Assembly: GCA_963816185.1 (NCBI GenBank)
Contig: CAWFJJ010000025.1
Location: 416,001-480,000, forward strand
Direction: 5' to 3'
Origin: Thermoanaerobaculia bacterium
GTDB lineage: Bacteria; Acidobacteriota; Thermoanaerobaculia; UBA5066
Length of the DNA stretch: 64,000 bases
Below, one piece after another: positions 48,055 through 59,025 of this stretch. The translations under genes were made by a program, and so were the position numbers. The notes under the pieces are model-generated. The model worked only from the letters and a program-made list of their open reading frames with translations, did not search any database and was not told where the DNA came from. The first letter of the stretch is position 1; each line of letters opens with the position of its first letter.

Positions 48055-50781
48055 TCAGTCGAACTCGTAGCGGAAGCTCCCGCCGTCGCCGACGGTTACG
48101 CGCACGCGCGACATCGTCCGGCCCTCGGCCATCCGGGACAGGAACTCGCCCGACATCTCCGGGAGGACGGTCCGCGTCAGGATGTGGTCCACGTTGCGCG
48201 CTCCGCTTTCGACCTCCTTGCAGCGCCCCAGGATCTCGTTGATGACGGAGTCGTCGTAGCCGAAGTCCGCGCCGTGGTTCTCCTTGAGCCGGCTGCCGAT
48301 CCGCCCGAGCTGGAGCTTGATGATCTGCCGCATGACCTTGTCCGAGATCGGGTAGAACGGGACGATGACCATCCGCCCGAGTAGGGCGGGCTTGAAGATC
48401 TTGTTCAGCTCCGGCTTGATCGCCTCCACGAGCTTCTCGGGCTCGGGCGCGGTCTCGGGGTCGGCGCAGAGCTTCATCATGGTGTCGGTTGCGGCGTTCG
48501 ACGTCAGGAGAATGACGGTGTTCTTGAAGTCGATCTCGCGCCCCTCGCCGTCCTCGAGCATCCCCTTGTCGAAGACCTGGTAGAAGAGCTCCATGACGTC
48601 GGGGTGCGCCTTCTCGACCTCGTCGAGGAGGACGACGGAATAGGGCCGCCGCCTCACGGCCTCGGTCAGGACGCCGCCCTCGCCGTAGCCGACGTAACCC
48701 GGCGGCGAGCCCTTGAGCGACGAGACGGTGTGCGCCTCCTGGTACTCGCTCATGTTGATCGTGATGAGGTTGTGCTCTCCGCCGTACAGCGCCTCCGCGA
48801 GCGTCAGGGCGGTCTCGGTCTTGCCGACGCCGCTCGGCCCGACGAGGAGGAAGACGCCGATGGGCCGGCGCGGATCCGTCAGGTTGGCACGGGCGGTGCG
48901 GATCCGGCTCGCAATCGCCTCGAGGCCGTGCGACTGGCCGATGACGCGCTGCTCGAGCCGGTCCTTGAGCGCGAGGACCGTGTGGATCTCGTCCGTAAGC
49001 ATCTTCCCGACCGGGATCCCGGTCCACCCCGAGATGACCTCGGCGATGGTCTGCGAGTTGACGCAGGCCTGCATGAGGGGCGTTTCGCCCTGCACCTTCC
49101 CGAGCTCCCTGTTGAGGGTGTCGAGCTCGGCCCGGAGCGCCGCCGGGTCCGGCGGCGGGGCTGCGGGGGTCGTGGGAGCCGCCGCGGCCGCTGCGGCCTT
49201 TGCGTCGGGTCCCGCGGACTTCGCGTCGGCCGCCTTCTTTTTCGGGGAGGCCAGCTCCTCCAGCTTCGACCTCACCTCGCGGATCTTTCCGATCAGCTCG
49301 CGCTCCTTGTCCCACTGGCCCTTCAGGCGGCCAAGGCTCTCCTCCGCGGCCGCCTTTTTCGCCATCAGCTCGGCGAGACGCTCCTTGTGGTCGGCGCCGG
49401 TCGCCTCCTCGCGCGCGAGGGCGTCGATCTCTGCGGCGCTGTGGTCGATCGTCCGCTGGGCGTCCTCGACCGCGGGGGGCGTCGCCGCCTGGCCGATCGC
49501 CACGCGGGCGCAGGCCGTGTCCAGAACGGAGACGGACTTGTCCGGAAGCTGGCGGCCCGAGATGTAGCGGTGCGACAGCCGGACGGAGTCCTCCACGGCC
49601 TCTTCGAGGATCCGGACCTTGTGATGGTTCTCGAGAGGCTCCGTGAGGCCCCGCATCATGATGATGCCGACCGCCTCGGTCGGCTCCTCGACCTTGACGA
49701 CCTGGAAGCGCCGGGCGAGAGCGGCGTCCTTCTCGAAATACTTCTTGTATTCGGCCCAGGTCGTCGCCGCGATCGTCCGCAGCTCGCCGCGCGCGAGCGC
49801 GGGCTTGAGAAGGTTCGCGGCGTCGTTCTGTCCGGCCTGGCCGCCGGCGCCGATCATGGTGTGCGCCTCGTCGATGAAGACGATGATGGGCTGCGCCGAC
49901 CCTTTGACTTCTTCGATCACGGACTTGAGGCGGTTTTCGAACTCCCCCTTGATTCCCGCCCCCGCCTGCAGGAGTCCGAGGTCGAGGGTTCTCACGGCGA
50001 CGTTCTTCAGCGGGCCGGGAACGTCTCCCTGGGCGATGCGCAGCGCGAACCCCTCGACGACGGCCGTCTTCCCGACTCCGGCCTCCCCGGTGAGGATGGG
50101 GTTGTTCTGGCGGCGCCGCGTCAGGATGTCGATGACCTGCCGGATCTCGAAGTCGCGGCCGAGGATCGGATCGATGTGGCCGGCCCGCGCGCGAGCCGTC
50201 AGATCGACGGTGTACTGATCCAGCGCCTTCGTCCGTCCGGGGACGCCCGTCGCGCCGCCCGCCGCGTCGCCGGCCGGCCCTTCGACGAGCGAAGAGGCGT
50301 CGCGATCCTCGGCCGAGCCTGAGACGATCTTCTCGAACTCCTTTCGGAGCGTCTCGACGGAGATCGCCGCGAACTCCTTGGAGATCTCGCGCGCGAGACG
50401 GGCGAACTCCTCCTTCTCGAGGAGAGCGAGGAGGATGTGCGAGGACCGGACCCGGGAGGCGCCGAAATCGATCGAGCCGACGAGCCAGGCTTCCTCGACG
50501 AGCTTCGGGAGGCGGGGGGAGAGAGCCGGAGTGCGGGTGTTCCCGGTCTTGAGCCGGTCGAGCGATCGCACGAGGTCCTTCGCGAGCCGGGACTCGTCGA
50601 TCTCGAACCGGCGCAGGATCCGGTGGAAGTCCGTGTCCGGCGTTTCACCCAGCTTGACCAGCAGGTGCTCGACGTCGACGTCGTAGTTCGTCCGCGACAG
50701 GCAGAGTCCGGCAGCTCCCTCGAGGGCGTTCCGGCAGGTGTCGTTCATTCGGCCGATGAGGGATTTCAGATTCGCGCTCAT
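48055..50781 (-). CDS. tssH: T6SS ClpV ATPase
   Basis: Two AAA modules GEAGVGKT and GPSGVGKT; IDILTRRRQNNPIL; ESGARN. Confidence 0.96.
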   Translation of the reverse strand: MSANLKSLIGRMNDTCRNALEGAAGLCLSRTNYDVDVEHLLVKLGETPDTDFHRILRRFEIDESRLAKDLVRSLDRLKTGNTRTPALSPRLPKLVEEAWLVGSIDFGASRVRSSHILLALLEKEEFARLAREISKEFAAISVETLRKEFEKIVSGSAEDRDASSLVEGPAGDAAGGATGVPGRTKALDQYTVDLTARARAGHIDPILGRDFEIRQVIDILTRRRQNNPILTGEAGVGKTAVVEGFALRIAQGDVPGPLKNVAVRTLDLGLLQAGAGIKGEFENRLKSVIEEVKGSAQPIIVFIDEAHTMIGAGGQAGQNDAANLLKPALARGELRTIAATTWAEYKKYFEKDAALARRFQVVKVEEPTEAVGIIMMRGLTEPLENHHKVRILEEAVEDSVRLSHRYISGRQLPDKSVSVLDTACARVAIGQAATPPAVEDAQRTIDHSAAEIDALAREEATGADHKERLAELMAKKAAAEESLGRLKGQWDKERELIGKIREVRSKLEELASPKKKAADAKSAGPDAKAAAAAAAPTTPAAPPPDPAALRAELDTLNRELGKVQGETPLMQACVNSQTIAEVISGWTGIPVGKMLTDEIHTVLALKDRLEQRVIGQSHGLEAIASRIRTARANLTDPRRPIGVFLLVGPSGVGKTETALTLAEALYGGEHNLITINMSEYQEAHTVSSLKGSPPGYVGYGEGGVLTEAVRRRPYSVVLLDEVEKAHPDVMELFYQVFDKGMLEDGEGREIDFKNTVILLTSNAATDTMMKLCADPETAPEPEKLVEAIKPELNKIFKPALLGRMVIVPFYPISDKVMRQIIKLQLGRIGSRLKENHGADFGYDDSVINEILGRCKEVESGARNVDHILTRTVLPEMSGEFLSRMAEGRTMSRVRVTVGDGGSFRYEFD

Positions 50782-50825
50782 AGACGCTTCCTTCCTCTTC
50801 TCGCGCTTTTCGACGGGTTCTTATC

Positions 50826-51818
50826 CTAATTCATGGACTCGAGAATCAGCTCCGAGGCGTCGGCGGGCGAGGGGGCGCTCTTGAGCCACGTCGTCCAGCC
50901 GAGCATCGGCGGGGCGGCGACGCCGGACTTCAGGTGGCACTCGGGGATCTCCTCTTTCTTCAGAATGAGCTGTAAGTCGAAGTCGTACTCGACGCCGACG
51001 AGGAATCGGACGAGATCGTTCAGCGGCCTCCAGCCGCTTCCGCGCGGCAGAAAGACCTGGAAGGAAGTGAAGCCCAGCGGGCCGAGTCGGATCCGGAAGC
51101 GTGACTGGTTGTTCCAGACATGGTCGCCGCAGACGAGGTCGACGCCGAGGCGGCTGTTTCTGGCACCCAGTTTCGACGCGTCCTCCGGTTCCAGGTCGAG
51201 CCACTGTCCGACGAACTGGCGTGTGGCGGCCGGGACTCCGAAATAGTCGCGGAGGATTCCCTCGATCGCGCTCGCCGAGTGCGGGTGCTGAGCGATGAGG
51301 CCGGCATAGAGGAGGAGCGCGTCGTCGGAGACGCTCTGGCGCCCACGAAGACCTGCCGTGCCGAGACCGATCAGCGAGAAGAGGCCCTCGAGGAAGGGAT
51401 CGTCGCCGCCGCTCTCGTATACCACCGGGAAGCGGTACTTCTGCCACGCGCGGTGGAACAGCGACAGGAAGCGGTGGTTGAAAAGGTCGAGGAACTCCCA
51501 GAGCGCGTAGTCCTTGTAACGGACCCGCTCGATGAGGAGCTCGGTGTACGGGATGGGAAGAACACCGAGCGGCCCGGTGGTCCCGCCGATTGCGACGGTG
51601 GCCTCGGGGGGACGATCGGGATCGTCGGGATCGATGGTGAGGTCGTGAATCTCGCTTGGTGGAAACTCCAGGGTGGCGCGGGTCCTGAAGCGCACGGTCT
51701 CACGCCCGGGTGGTCCATCGTGGCCGACCGGGGCGCGCGACGGCGAGAGCCGCGCCAGCAGCCGGACGGCCTGAAAGAACCCGAAGTGCTCGGGGCGCGT
51801 CCGCAGGCGCTCGCTCAA
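50826..51818 (-). CDS. tssG: T6SS baseplate TssG
   Basis: FFQAVRLL, G.TGPLG.LP..YTE, FLDLFNHR, QFVGQW, LGWTTWL. Confidence 0.93.
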   Translation of the reverse strand: MSERLRTRPEHFGFFQAVRLLARLSPSRAPVGHDGPPGRETVRFRTRATLEFPPSEIHDLTIDPDDPDRPPEATVAIGGTTGPLGVLPIPYTELLIERVRYKDYALWEFLDLFNHRFLSLFHRAWQKYRFPVVYESGGDDPFLEGLFSLIGLGTAGLRGRQSVSDDALLLYAGLIAQHPHSASAIEGILRDYFGVPAATRQFVGQWLDLEPEDASKLGARNSRLGVDLVCGDHVWNNQSRFRIRLGPLGFTSFQVFLPRGSGWRPLNDLVRFLVGVEYDFDLQLILKKEEIPECHLKSGVAAPPMLGWTTWLKSAPSPADASELILESMN

Positions 51819-53670
51819 AGCACGATCTGGTCGCCGGTGCGCGGCGGCCAGCGGCGCATGATCCCCTCGCGCTGCTTCGTCGACGCCACGAGCTGGCTGA
51901 AGGAGTTCACAGAGGCGTAGAGCGAAAGGAAGCGCTCGAGCACGGACGCGAAGAGGTAGACGCCGGAGCCGACGAAGTTCTGCTCGTCGAAGTCGATCGA
52001 GACCTCGAGTCCTCTCACGAATCCCGGGTGAGTGTCGCGGAGCGGCCGGACGACCCGGCGCGCGGAGAGCTTCGAGATGCCGTCGATCTGCTGCCGCGTG
52101 ACCGACGAATCGGAGATGTCGTAAAGCCGCAAGATCTCCCGCAGCGCCTCGGGGCCCTTCTCTCCTTCGCGCTCGACGAGCGACAGGACGTTCAGGGCGA
52201 GGTGCGAGATGAGCCTCCAGTGCGCCCCGCGCCGGAGCGGCGGCCGCAGGCTCACGGTCGGCTTCACGAGGCTTCGGATGGCGGTGAAAACCCCGGGGCC
52301 CTCGAGCTGGAAATCCCCGTCGGGATTGCCGAACGGGAGGCGGGCCGGAAGGTCGCGGTTCGAGGTGGTCACGTGCACGGTGAGGGTGTCGGTGTCGGGC
52401 ACGGTCGGATCGAAGTTCATGTCGACGAGCGTGAGGTAGACCTCGGTCCCTTCGTCGTCCTTGCGCTCCGACGGGCGCCGGCTCGCGTGCCAGAGGGCTT
52501 GCTGGCCCGCGCGCTCCGAGTCGTGACGGAACGCGAAGAACGGCTGATACGTCCGCACGGTCTCGGCGTCGGCGCCCGTCGACGTCACGCGTCGACCGAC
52601 CAGACCTCGTGCGCGCCCGGCCGCCTGAGGTTCGGGATGACCCGGTACTCGTGGCTCAGATGGGTCACCCGGATGGGCTCGGCCATCTGCGAGAAGAGGT
52701 TGACGACGGGAGTGGCGTGCAGCCGGAAAGTCTGCGCCGAGATGCTCCGTTCTGCGGCGAAGGGGCGTCCCAGGAGGACCCGCACGTCCAGCGTGTCCGT
52801 GAAGGCGCCTCCTTTGAGCCGCTCGAGCCCGTCGAGGTCCACGAAGAGGTACTTCTCCGGAAAGGAGAAGTACTCCTGGAGGACGCGGTATCCCCGGAAG
52901 AGGCGGTCCGGTGTCGGCAGGAGCGTCTCGTCGTCGCCGAAGCCGACCGGCCGGAGAGCCTCCGGCCCCAGCCGGACCACCTCGGAGTCGGGCGACGAGG
53001 CCTGGGGCCGGAGCTCGATGGTGAGCACGTCGTTGAAGAGCAGCTCGTAGAGCGCGTGGACGACCTTGCCTTCGCCCTGCAGGTAGAAGCGAAGCTTGGA
53101 GAGCGGGAGCTCGGCGCCCTCGACCGATTTCTCCTTGAGCTCGGACAGGGCCGCGCCTCCCAGGACGTGCAGGTCGAGGTGGAGCATCGTGCGCGCATCG
53201 CGGCCTTCGATCGTGACCGCGGGCGCCTGCTCGAAGCGGGCCGCTCGCACGTCGACGGGCCAGATCGTGACCGGATACGCGGTCCGGAAGCGGCATGGGA
53301 TTCCGTCGACGGGGGCGGACGCGAGCGTCGAGCCTCTCGGAATCGTCTGCCCCGTCTGCAGGCTCACCTGCTCGGGATTGAGAACGAACTGGACCACGGA
53401 CATCGAGGGCACGGGCGCGAGAAAAGTGGGGTACAGGATCCCGAGGAGGGATTCCGTGATCTCCGGGAACTCGTCGTCGATCTTGAGGCGCACGCGGGCC
53501 GCGAGGAACGCGAAGGCCTCGAGAAGCCGTTCGACGTGCGGGTCCTCGCACTTGTCCGGCTCGAGCTGCAGGCGCGACGCGACCTTCGGGTATTTGTCGG
53601 CGAACTCGGCCCCCATCTGGCGGAGGAAGCTCAGCTCGCGCTCGTAGTACTCCAGGAGATCGCTGCGCAT
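51815..53670 (-). CDS. tssF: T6SS baseplate TssF, one frameshift near 52590
   Basis: YYERELSFLR..GAEFA..YPKVA, DPHVERLLE.FAFL, LQEYF.FPEK, WRLISHL.LN, Y.SVNSF. Confidence 0.92.
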
Positions 53671-54152
53671 CAGTCGCCCTTGACCGCGAAGTTACCGCTC
53701 CCGAGCTGAAGAGTCGTGTCGAACGAGATCGGCTCGGGAACGGGATCGATGCGCAACCGCGCCTCGATCCTGAAGCGGAAGGCGCGCTCGAGCACGGACG
53801 CGTTCGCGACGCTGACGACGATGTCCTCGAGGCGGGGCTCGAACCGCTTCAGCGCGACTTCGAGCGCGCGGGTGAGGTCGTGCTGGTCCGCGGCGCTTTT
53901 CACGCTCATGTTGGTGAAGTCCGGGAGGCCGTACGCGAGAAGGGAGCCGGCCAGGAGCGGCAGCGCGTCGGGCACCTCGAGGACGCGGCGCGTGTTGAGG
54001 AGCCACTCGATGTCCCGCTTGAGGGCCTGTTTGACCTGGCGAAGGGCCTTCGAGCGCGAGGAGGGAGGCTCGGATTTCACCTCGGGCTCGAAGTCGACGA
54101 GCCGGTCGAGAACCGACAGGTTGATCCGGATCTCGTCGTCGATCCTCGGCAT
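53670..54152 (-). CDS. tssE: T6SS baseplate TssE (gp25-like)
   Basis: SVLDRL, RDIEWLLNTR, YGLPD, FEPRL. Confidence 0.92.
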   Translation of the reverse strand: MPRIDDEIRINLSVLDRLVDFEPEVKSEPPSSRSKALRQVKQALKRDIEWLLNTRRVLEVPDALPLLAGSLLAYGLPDFTNMSVKSAADQHDLTRALEVALKRFEPRLEDIVVSVANASVLERAFRFRIEARLRIDPVPEPISFDTTLQLGSGNFAVKGD

Positions 54153-54215
54153 GGCGCGTCGCGGGGGCGGGTGCCGAGGCCGGCGACGATGCGCCGGCCT
54201 CTGGCCGTCCGTCCC

Positions 54216-55706
54216 TTACTTCCTCGTCGGAGCCGGCAGCTCGGCCACCAGCCGCAGGGAGACCGACAGCTCGTCGAGCTGGAAGTGCGGTCTGAGGAAG
54301 GCGATCGCCTTGTAGACGCCGGGCTTGCCCGGAACCTCCGCGACTTCGATGCGCGCCTCGCGGAGCGGGAACTGCGCCTTGACGGCCGGCGAGGCCATGT
54401 CGTCGGGCGTGACGTAGTTCGAGATCCACCTGTTGAGGAAGAACTCGACGTCGCCGCGCGAGGCGAAGCTGCCGATCTTGTCCCGCATGATCGACTTGAG
54501 GTAGTGGGCGAAGCGGGACACGGCGAAGATGTAGGGGAGCTGCGTCGAGAGACGCGCGTTCGCGTTCGCGAAATCGGTGTCGTATTTCTTCGCCTTCTGG
54601 GCAGATTGCCCGCCGAAGAACGCCGCGTAGTCGGTGTTCTTGCAATGGACGAGCGAGATGAAGCCGAGGTCCGAGAACTCCTTCTCGCGGCGGTCGGTGA
54701 TCGCGATCTCGGTCGGGCACTTCAGCGCCACGTCACCTTCGTCGGTCTGGAAGGTGTGCGCCGGGAGCCCCTGCACGAGCCCGCCCCCCTCCACGCCGCG
54801 GATCGCGACGGTCCAATTATAGAGGGCGAAGGCTTCGGTCAGGCGCGTCCCGAACGAGTAGGCGGCGTTCCCCCAGAGATATTTCTTGTGGTCCTTGCCG
54901 TCCACATCCTCCTCGAAATTGAAAGACTCGACGGGGACGGTGTTCGCACCGTACGGGAGACGCATGAGCGTGTGGGGAAGGGTGAGCCCCACGTACCGCG
55001 AGTCCTCCGAGTCGCGGAACGAGCGCCACTTCGCGTACTCGGTCCGATCGAAGATCTTGGCGAGGTCGCGCACCTCGGTCAGCTCGGTGTAGCTCTGCCA
55101 GCCGAACATCTCGGGCGAAGCCGCCGAGATGAAGGGCGCGTTCGCCGCGGCGGCAACGCCCGAGATCTTCTCGAGCAGCGACATGTCCTGCGGGTGGTTG
55201 CCGAATTCGTAGTCCCCGATCAGTGCGCCGAACGGGGCGCCGCCGAACGTTCCGTACTCCTCTTCGTAGACCTTCTTGAAGAGCGCGGACTGGTCGAACT
55301 CCGCGGCCCGCTCGAGGTCCTTCAGGAGATCCTTCTTGGACACGTTCAGCACGCGGATCTTGAGCATCGTCGAGGTCTCGCTCTCGAAAACGAGATGCTT
55401 CAGCCCGCGCCAGCTTCCCTCCAGCTTCTGGAAGTCCGGGTGGTGCATCACCTCGTTGAGCTGCGCCGACAGGAGCTTGTCGATCGCCGCGATGCGCGCG
55501 TTGATCGTGTGCTCGAGGTCCTTGGAAAGGACGACCTGCCCCTGAAGGGCCTGCTGGACGAACTCGGCCAGCATGTCCTTGGCGTTGTCGACCTGGTCCT
55601 CGCGAAGCGCCAGACGCCCGCTCTCGAGGATCTTGTTGAGAAGTCCCCCCTCCTGCTCCTGAACGACGGATTCAGATTCGGCCCTCTTGTCGGGGTTCTT
55701 GCTCAT
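54216..55706 (-). CDS. tssC: T6SS contractile sheath large subunit TssC (VipB)
   Basis: FQKLEGSWRGL, YEEEYGTFGG.P, YLWGNAA, RGVEGGG, SRFAHYLK, LRPHFQL. Confidence 0.96.
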   Translation of the reverse strand: MSKNPDKRAESESVVQEQEGGLLNKILESGRLALREDQVDNAKDMLAEFVQQALQGQVVLSKDLEHTINARIAAIDKLLSAQLNEVMHHPDFQKLEGSWRGLKHLVFESETSTMLKIRVLNVSKKDLLKDLERAAEFDQSALFKKVYEEEYGTFGGAPFGALIGDYEFGNHPQDMSLLEKISGVAAAANAPFISAASPEMFGWQSYTELTEVRDLAKIFDRTEYAKWRSFRDSEDSRYVGLTLPHTLMRLPYGANTVPVESFNFEEDVDGKDHKKYLWGNAAYSFGTRLTEAFALYNWTVAIRGVEGGGLVQGLPAHTFQTDEGDVALKCPTEIAITDRREKEFSDLGFISLVHCKNTDYAAFFGGQSAQKAKKYDTDFANANARLSTQLPYIFAVSRFAHYLKSIMRDKIGSFASRGDVEFFLNRWISNYVTPDDMASPAVKAQFPLREARIEVAEVPGKPGVYKAIAFLRPHFQLDELSVSLRLVAELPAPTRK

Positions 55707-56239
55707 TTGGGTTCTTCCTTCTTCCCTTCCTCGTCCGTCACGACGCCGAGCTGCTTTCCGAGCTGCTTCTGGGCGTTCGGGTCCTTGAGGAGGTCCGTCA
55801 GCATGGCTTCCAGTTTGTCGTTGCCGTCGGTCTTCGACAGGATGTCGCGAAGCTTCTGGCGCGCTTCGACGAGCTTTCTTAGGGGTTCGACCTGCTGAAC
55901 CACCTGATCGGGCTCGAAGTCCATTAGGTTGTTGAACTTCATCTCGACGTTCATCTTGCTGCCGTCGTCGGACAGCTTGTTGTCGACGCGAAGGGCCAGG
56001 CGCGGCGCTTGCGCCGCGAGCACCTGATCGAAGTTGTCGCGGTCGATCTCGATCAGCTTCCGGTCCTTCAGCCGCGGAAGCGGCTCGACGGGCTGGCCGG
56101 AGAAGTCGCCGAGGACTCCGACGACGAACGGCAGCTCCTTCATCTCGATGGCCCCGCCGATCTCCACGTCATACGTGATCTGGACGCGGGGAGGGCGAAT
56201 CCTCTTCAGCTTCTGCTGGATACTTTCCTTCTTCGGCAT
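55703..56239 (-). CDS. tssB: T6SS contractile sheath small subunit TssB (VipA)
   Basis: RPPRVQITYDVE, ELPFVVGVLGDFSG, IDRDNFD, DFEPD.V. Confidence 0.96.
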   Translation of the reverse strand: MPKKESIQQKLKRIRPPRVQITYDVEIGGAIEMKELPFVVGVLGDFSGQPVEPLPRLKDRKLIEIDRDNFDQVLAAQAPRLALRVDNKLSDDGSKMNVEMKFNNLMDFEPDQVVQQVEPLRKLVEARQKLRDILSKTDGNDKLEAMLTDLLKDPNAQKQLGKQLGVVTDEEGKKEEPK

Positions 56240-56250
56240 GGTTCCCTCCC

Positions 56251-57369
56251 TCAGGCTCCCGAGCTGCTGCGACTGCCGGACTCGCCTTTGAGACCGAGCG
56301 TTTCGCGCAGACCGGCGAGAACGTTGTTGTCCTTGATCACGTCGACGAGCCAGGCGTCGAGCGGCATCTGCCCCCACGCGATGGCGCGCTGGACGAGGTA
56401 CGAGACCGGGCTGTGCGGCTCGGTCCTCCGGAAGTAGTCGGCGACCTGCGCGAGCTGGGCGAGCGCCTGATCCCGTGCCCTAATGGCTCCACCTGGCCCG
56501 CCTGCCGCGCCTCCCCCTGTCTCGCCCTCGGCCCCTTCAGCGGCGTCGGAGGGGTCCGGCTCCTCGATCCTCTTCTCCTTGACGACCTTCTCGAGCAGGC
56601 TCCGAATCCCCTCGAGAGTCTTCGTGAGGCCGCCGAGCCCCGGAGTCTGGCGTGAGAAGCGGGCGTCCATCTGCTTGTCGAGGGCCTTCAGAGCCGCCCA
56701 GCTGTCGGCGACGTCCGCGTAGACCTCCTCGTAGAAGGCGCGGCGCGTCTCGCTCTTGGCTTTCTTGACGTCCTCGCCCGTGACCTTGTGGTCCATCAGG
56801 GCGCGTGCGCGCTTCTCTTCGAGCTGCTGAAGAGCCTCGCCGGAGAGCTTCGAGGTGTCGGCCGGGAAGTCGTACTGCTGGGCCTCTTCCCACTGGAAGA
56901 AGCTGTAGTTCGCACCGGAGCGCTTCGTCAGCGGGATCCTCCTGACCGCCTCCGCGGCCTGGCGGTCCAGCCACGCGAGCGCGTTGGCCCGAGCTTCGAG
57001 ATCGTTTCCCTCGTCGATCTCCGGATACAGCGTGTCCCAGAACGTCTCGAGAAGCCCGCTCGCGAGCTTCAGCGAGTCCCTCAGGCCCGGGAAACCGTTC
57101 ATGCTCACGGCGGCTTCGGAGAGCCACGCGACGATCTGGAGGTCCTTCGTCTTGCCGCTCAGGCTCTCGCCGGCGAGCTCGGCCACCTTCTCCCAGTCGG
57201 CGACCTTCAGCTCGTGAACCCAGTCCCCCTGCGGAACGTCGTCGTCGGCACGGCGCGCCTCGCGGATCTCGTCGTGGAGGCCCGAGTACTGGAGGTTCTC
57301 CCCGCTTGGGTTCTCTCCAGCAATCGGCGCGAGGAGGGCGTCCAGGTTGAAAACGGGAGCTGACGGCAT
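56251..57369 (-). CDS. tssA: T6SS TssA (ImpA)
   Basis: LLAPI....PSG..L.Y, KTKDLQ, W..LYP; C-terminal YFRRTEPHSPV.YL..RA..WG. Confidence 0.93.
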   Translation of the reverse strand: MPSAPVFNLDALLAPIAGENPSGENLQYSGLHDEIREARRADDDVPQGDWVHELKVADWEKVAELAGESLSGKTKDLQIVAWLSEAAVSMNGFPGLRDSLKLASGLLETFWDTLYPEIDEGNDLEARANALAWLDRQAAEAVRRIPLTKRSGANYSFFQWEEAQQYDFPADTSKLSGEALQQLEEKRARALMDHKVTGEDVKKAKSETRRAFYEEVYADVADSWAALKALDKQMDARFSRQTPGLGGLTKTLEGIRSLLEKVVKEKRIEEPDPSDAAEGAEGETGGGAAGGPGGAIRARDQALAQLAQVADYFRRTEPHSPVSYLVQRAIAWGQMPLDAWLVDVIKDNNVLAGLRETLGLKGESGSRSSSGA

Positions 57370-57491
57370 CGCGACGATTTCCTCCAGCCGAGAGAGACGC
57401 TTATGCCATTCGGCGGGCAACAGTTAGAATGCTGAAAGGATAGCGACGGCGCAGACCCCGGTCAAGGGCGGTGCAGAAGCGAGGAGAGGTC

Positions 57492-58304
57492 ATGCCGACA
57501 CCACGTGAACTTTATCAGGCCGGTCAACTCCAGGCGGCGATCCAGGCCCTCACGGCCGAGGTCAAGGCGAACCCGGCCGACGGACCCTCCCGCATCTTCC
57601 TGTTCGAGCTGCTCTCGTTCGCGGGCGACTGGGATCGTGCCCGGAAGCAGATCGAGGTTATCGGGCAGGCGGGCCCGAACGAGGCCCTCGCGGTTCAGGT
57701 GTACCAGGCGAACATCGAGGCCGAGCGCACGCGAGAGCGCCTCTTTTCGGAGGGCCTCCATCCCCACTTTCTGAACGAGCCACCCCCGTACGTGGACCGG
57801 CACCTGGACGCCATCAACCGGATCCGGGAGGGGAACTTCGCCGAGGCCAGGGTCCTCCTCGACCGGGCCGAAGAAGAGCGTCCCGCGCTGGCGGGGACGC
57901 TGAACGGACGGCCGTTCGCCGACTTCCGCGATTGCGACGACGTCATCGGGCCCGTTCTGGAGCTGATCGTGAAGGACAAATACACGTGGCTTCCGTTCGA
58001 GCAGATCCGGCGCGTCGAAGTCAGCCCCCCATCGAAGCTCCGGGACCTCGTCTGGGCCCGCGCCAAGGTCGAGGCCCTGGACGGGACGGTCGGCGACGTG
58101 TACCTGCCGGCCCTTTACGAGGGAACGTGCCGGAACGCGGACGACCAGCTTCGGCTCGGCAGGATGACGGCCTGGATCCCGCTGGCCGACGACCTCTCTC
58201 GCGGCGCGGGGCTCAAGACGTTCCAGGCGGACGAAGACGACGTGGCGCTGTTCGAGGCCCGGCAGCTCGAGTTCCGCCCGCTGCCTCCCGCCGCAGTCGC
58301 CTGA
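57492..58304 (+). CDS. tagJ: T6SS accessory protein TagJ (ImpE/SciE)
   Basis: G.L..A....VK.NP.D...R..LFELL..AG.W.RA..Q; Y.WLPF; LRDLVW; LRLGRMT.W. Confidence 0.9.
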   Translation: MPTPRELYQAGQLQAAIQALTAEVKANPADGPSRIFLFELLSFAGDWDRARKQIEVIGQAGPNEALAVQVYQANIEAERTRERLFSEGLHPHFLNEPPPYVDRHLDAINRIREGNFAEARVLLDRAEEERPALAGTLNGRPFADFRDCDDVIGPVLELIVKDKYTWLPFEQIRRVEVSPPSKLRDLVWARAKVEALDGTVGDVYLPALYEGTCRNADDQLRLGRMTAWIPLADDLSRGAGLKTFQADEDDVALFEARQLEFRPLPPAAVA

Positions 58305-58310
58305 GCGATA

Positions 58311-58344
58311 AAAAGAAGGCCCTCGCATCGGTCGAGGGCCTCTT
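58311..58344. terminator. Hairpin between convergent tagJ and hcp; likely intrinsic terminator for hcp
   Basis: AGGCCCTCG...CGAGGGCCT stem with adjoining A-run (U-run on minus strand). Confidence 0.55.
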
Positions 58345-58374
58345 GGAACGGAATCCGGACGGGATTCGGGGGGT

Positions 58375-58863
58375 TCAGAGCTTCTTGTTCGCCTTCACGT
58401 CCCAACCCATCTTCACCTGGCCCCCCCCTGTGCCTGTTGCTGTCTGCGGCTTGTACTCGTGTTCGATTTTCGTGAAACTTAGCGTGGCTTGGTCAATTGG
58501 AAGGTCGGCGCCCGTCGATCCCGCCGCATTGTAGCTTGTGACGAATACATCGGAGAGGGTGATCTTCAGGAACTCCAGAGGGTCATCCCCGCCCGCCTTG
58601 CGGTTCGTCAGGATCGCCTTCGGAATGTGCTTCCCATTACAGCAGAACTCGAAAAGCTTCGGCGACGCACTGCCGTGGGTGAAGCTGAAGCTCAGGTCAT
58701 GAACGTCCGCCTTCCCGGTGCCGCCGCCACCACCCATCCCCATCGAGCTGGCATTCGATGCGCCAAAATGGAAGGATAGGACTTCGATTTCTTTCTTGTG
58801 TTTCGAGTCCTCGCTTTCACCCTCAACTCCATCGATTTTCAAAAAAGCGTCGAATTTTGCCAT
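58375..58863 (-). CDS. hcp: Hcp (TssD) tube protein 1
   Basis: FLKIDGVEGES.D.KHK.EIEVLSF, SPKL...C.G.HI..A.L..RKAG, GWD.KANK. Confidence 0.95.
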   Translation of the reverse strand: MAKFDAFLKIDGVEGESEDSKHKKEIEVLSFHFGASNASSMGMGGGGGTGKADVHDLSFSFTHGSASPKLFEFCCNGKHIPKAILTNRKAGGDDPLEFLKITLSDVFVTSYNAAGSTGADLPIDQATLSFTKIEHEYKPQTATGTGGGQVKMGWDVKANKKL

Positions 58864-59025
58864 TGGCTGCTCCTTTCACTCGTTCAAGTGGATGTGACTG
58901 TTTTCACGCCCTTCTCGGCGTCAAACATAGGTCTCTCCGGACGGAATTCAACCTCACTACGACAAACGCGTGACGGCGATCATCATGAACGACCGACCGA
59001 TCCTGCGTCCGGGGTTCGAGGCTCG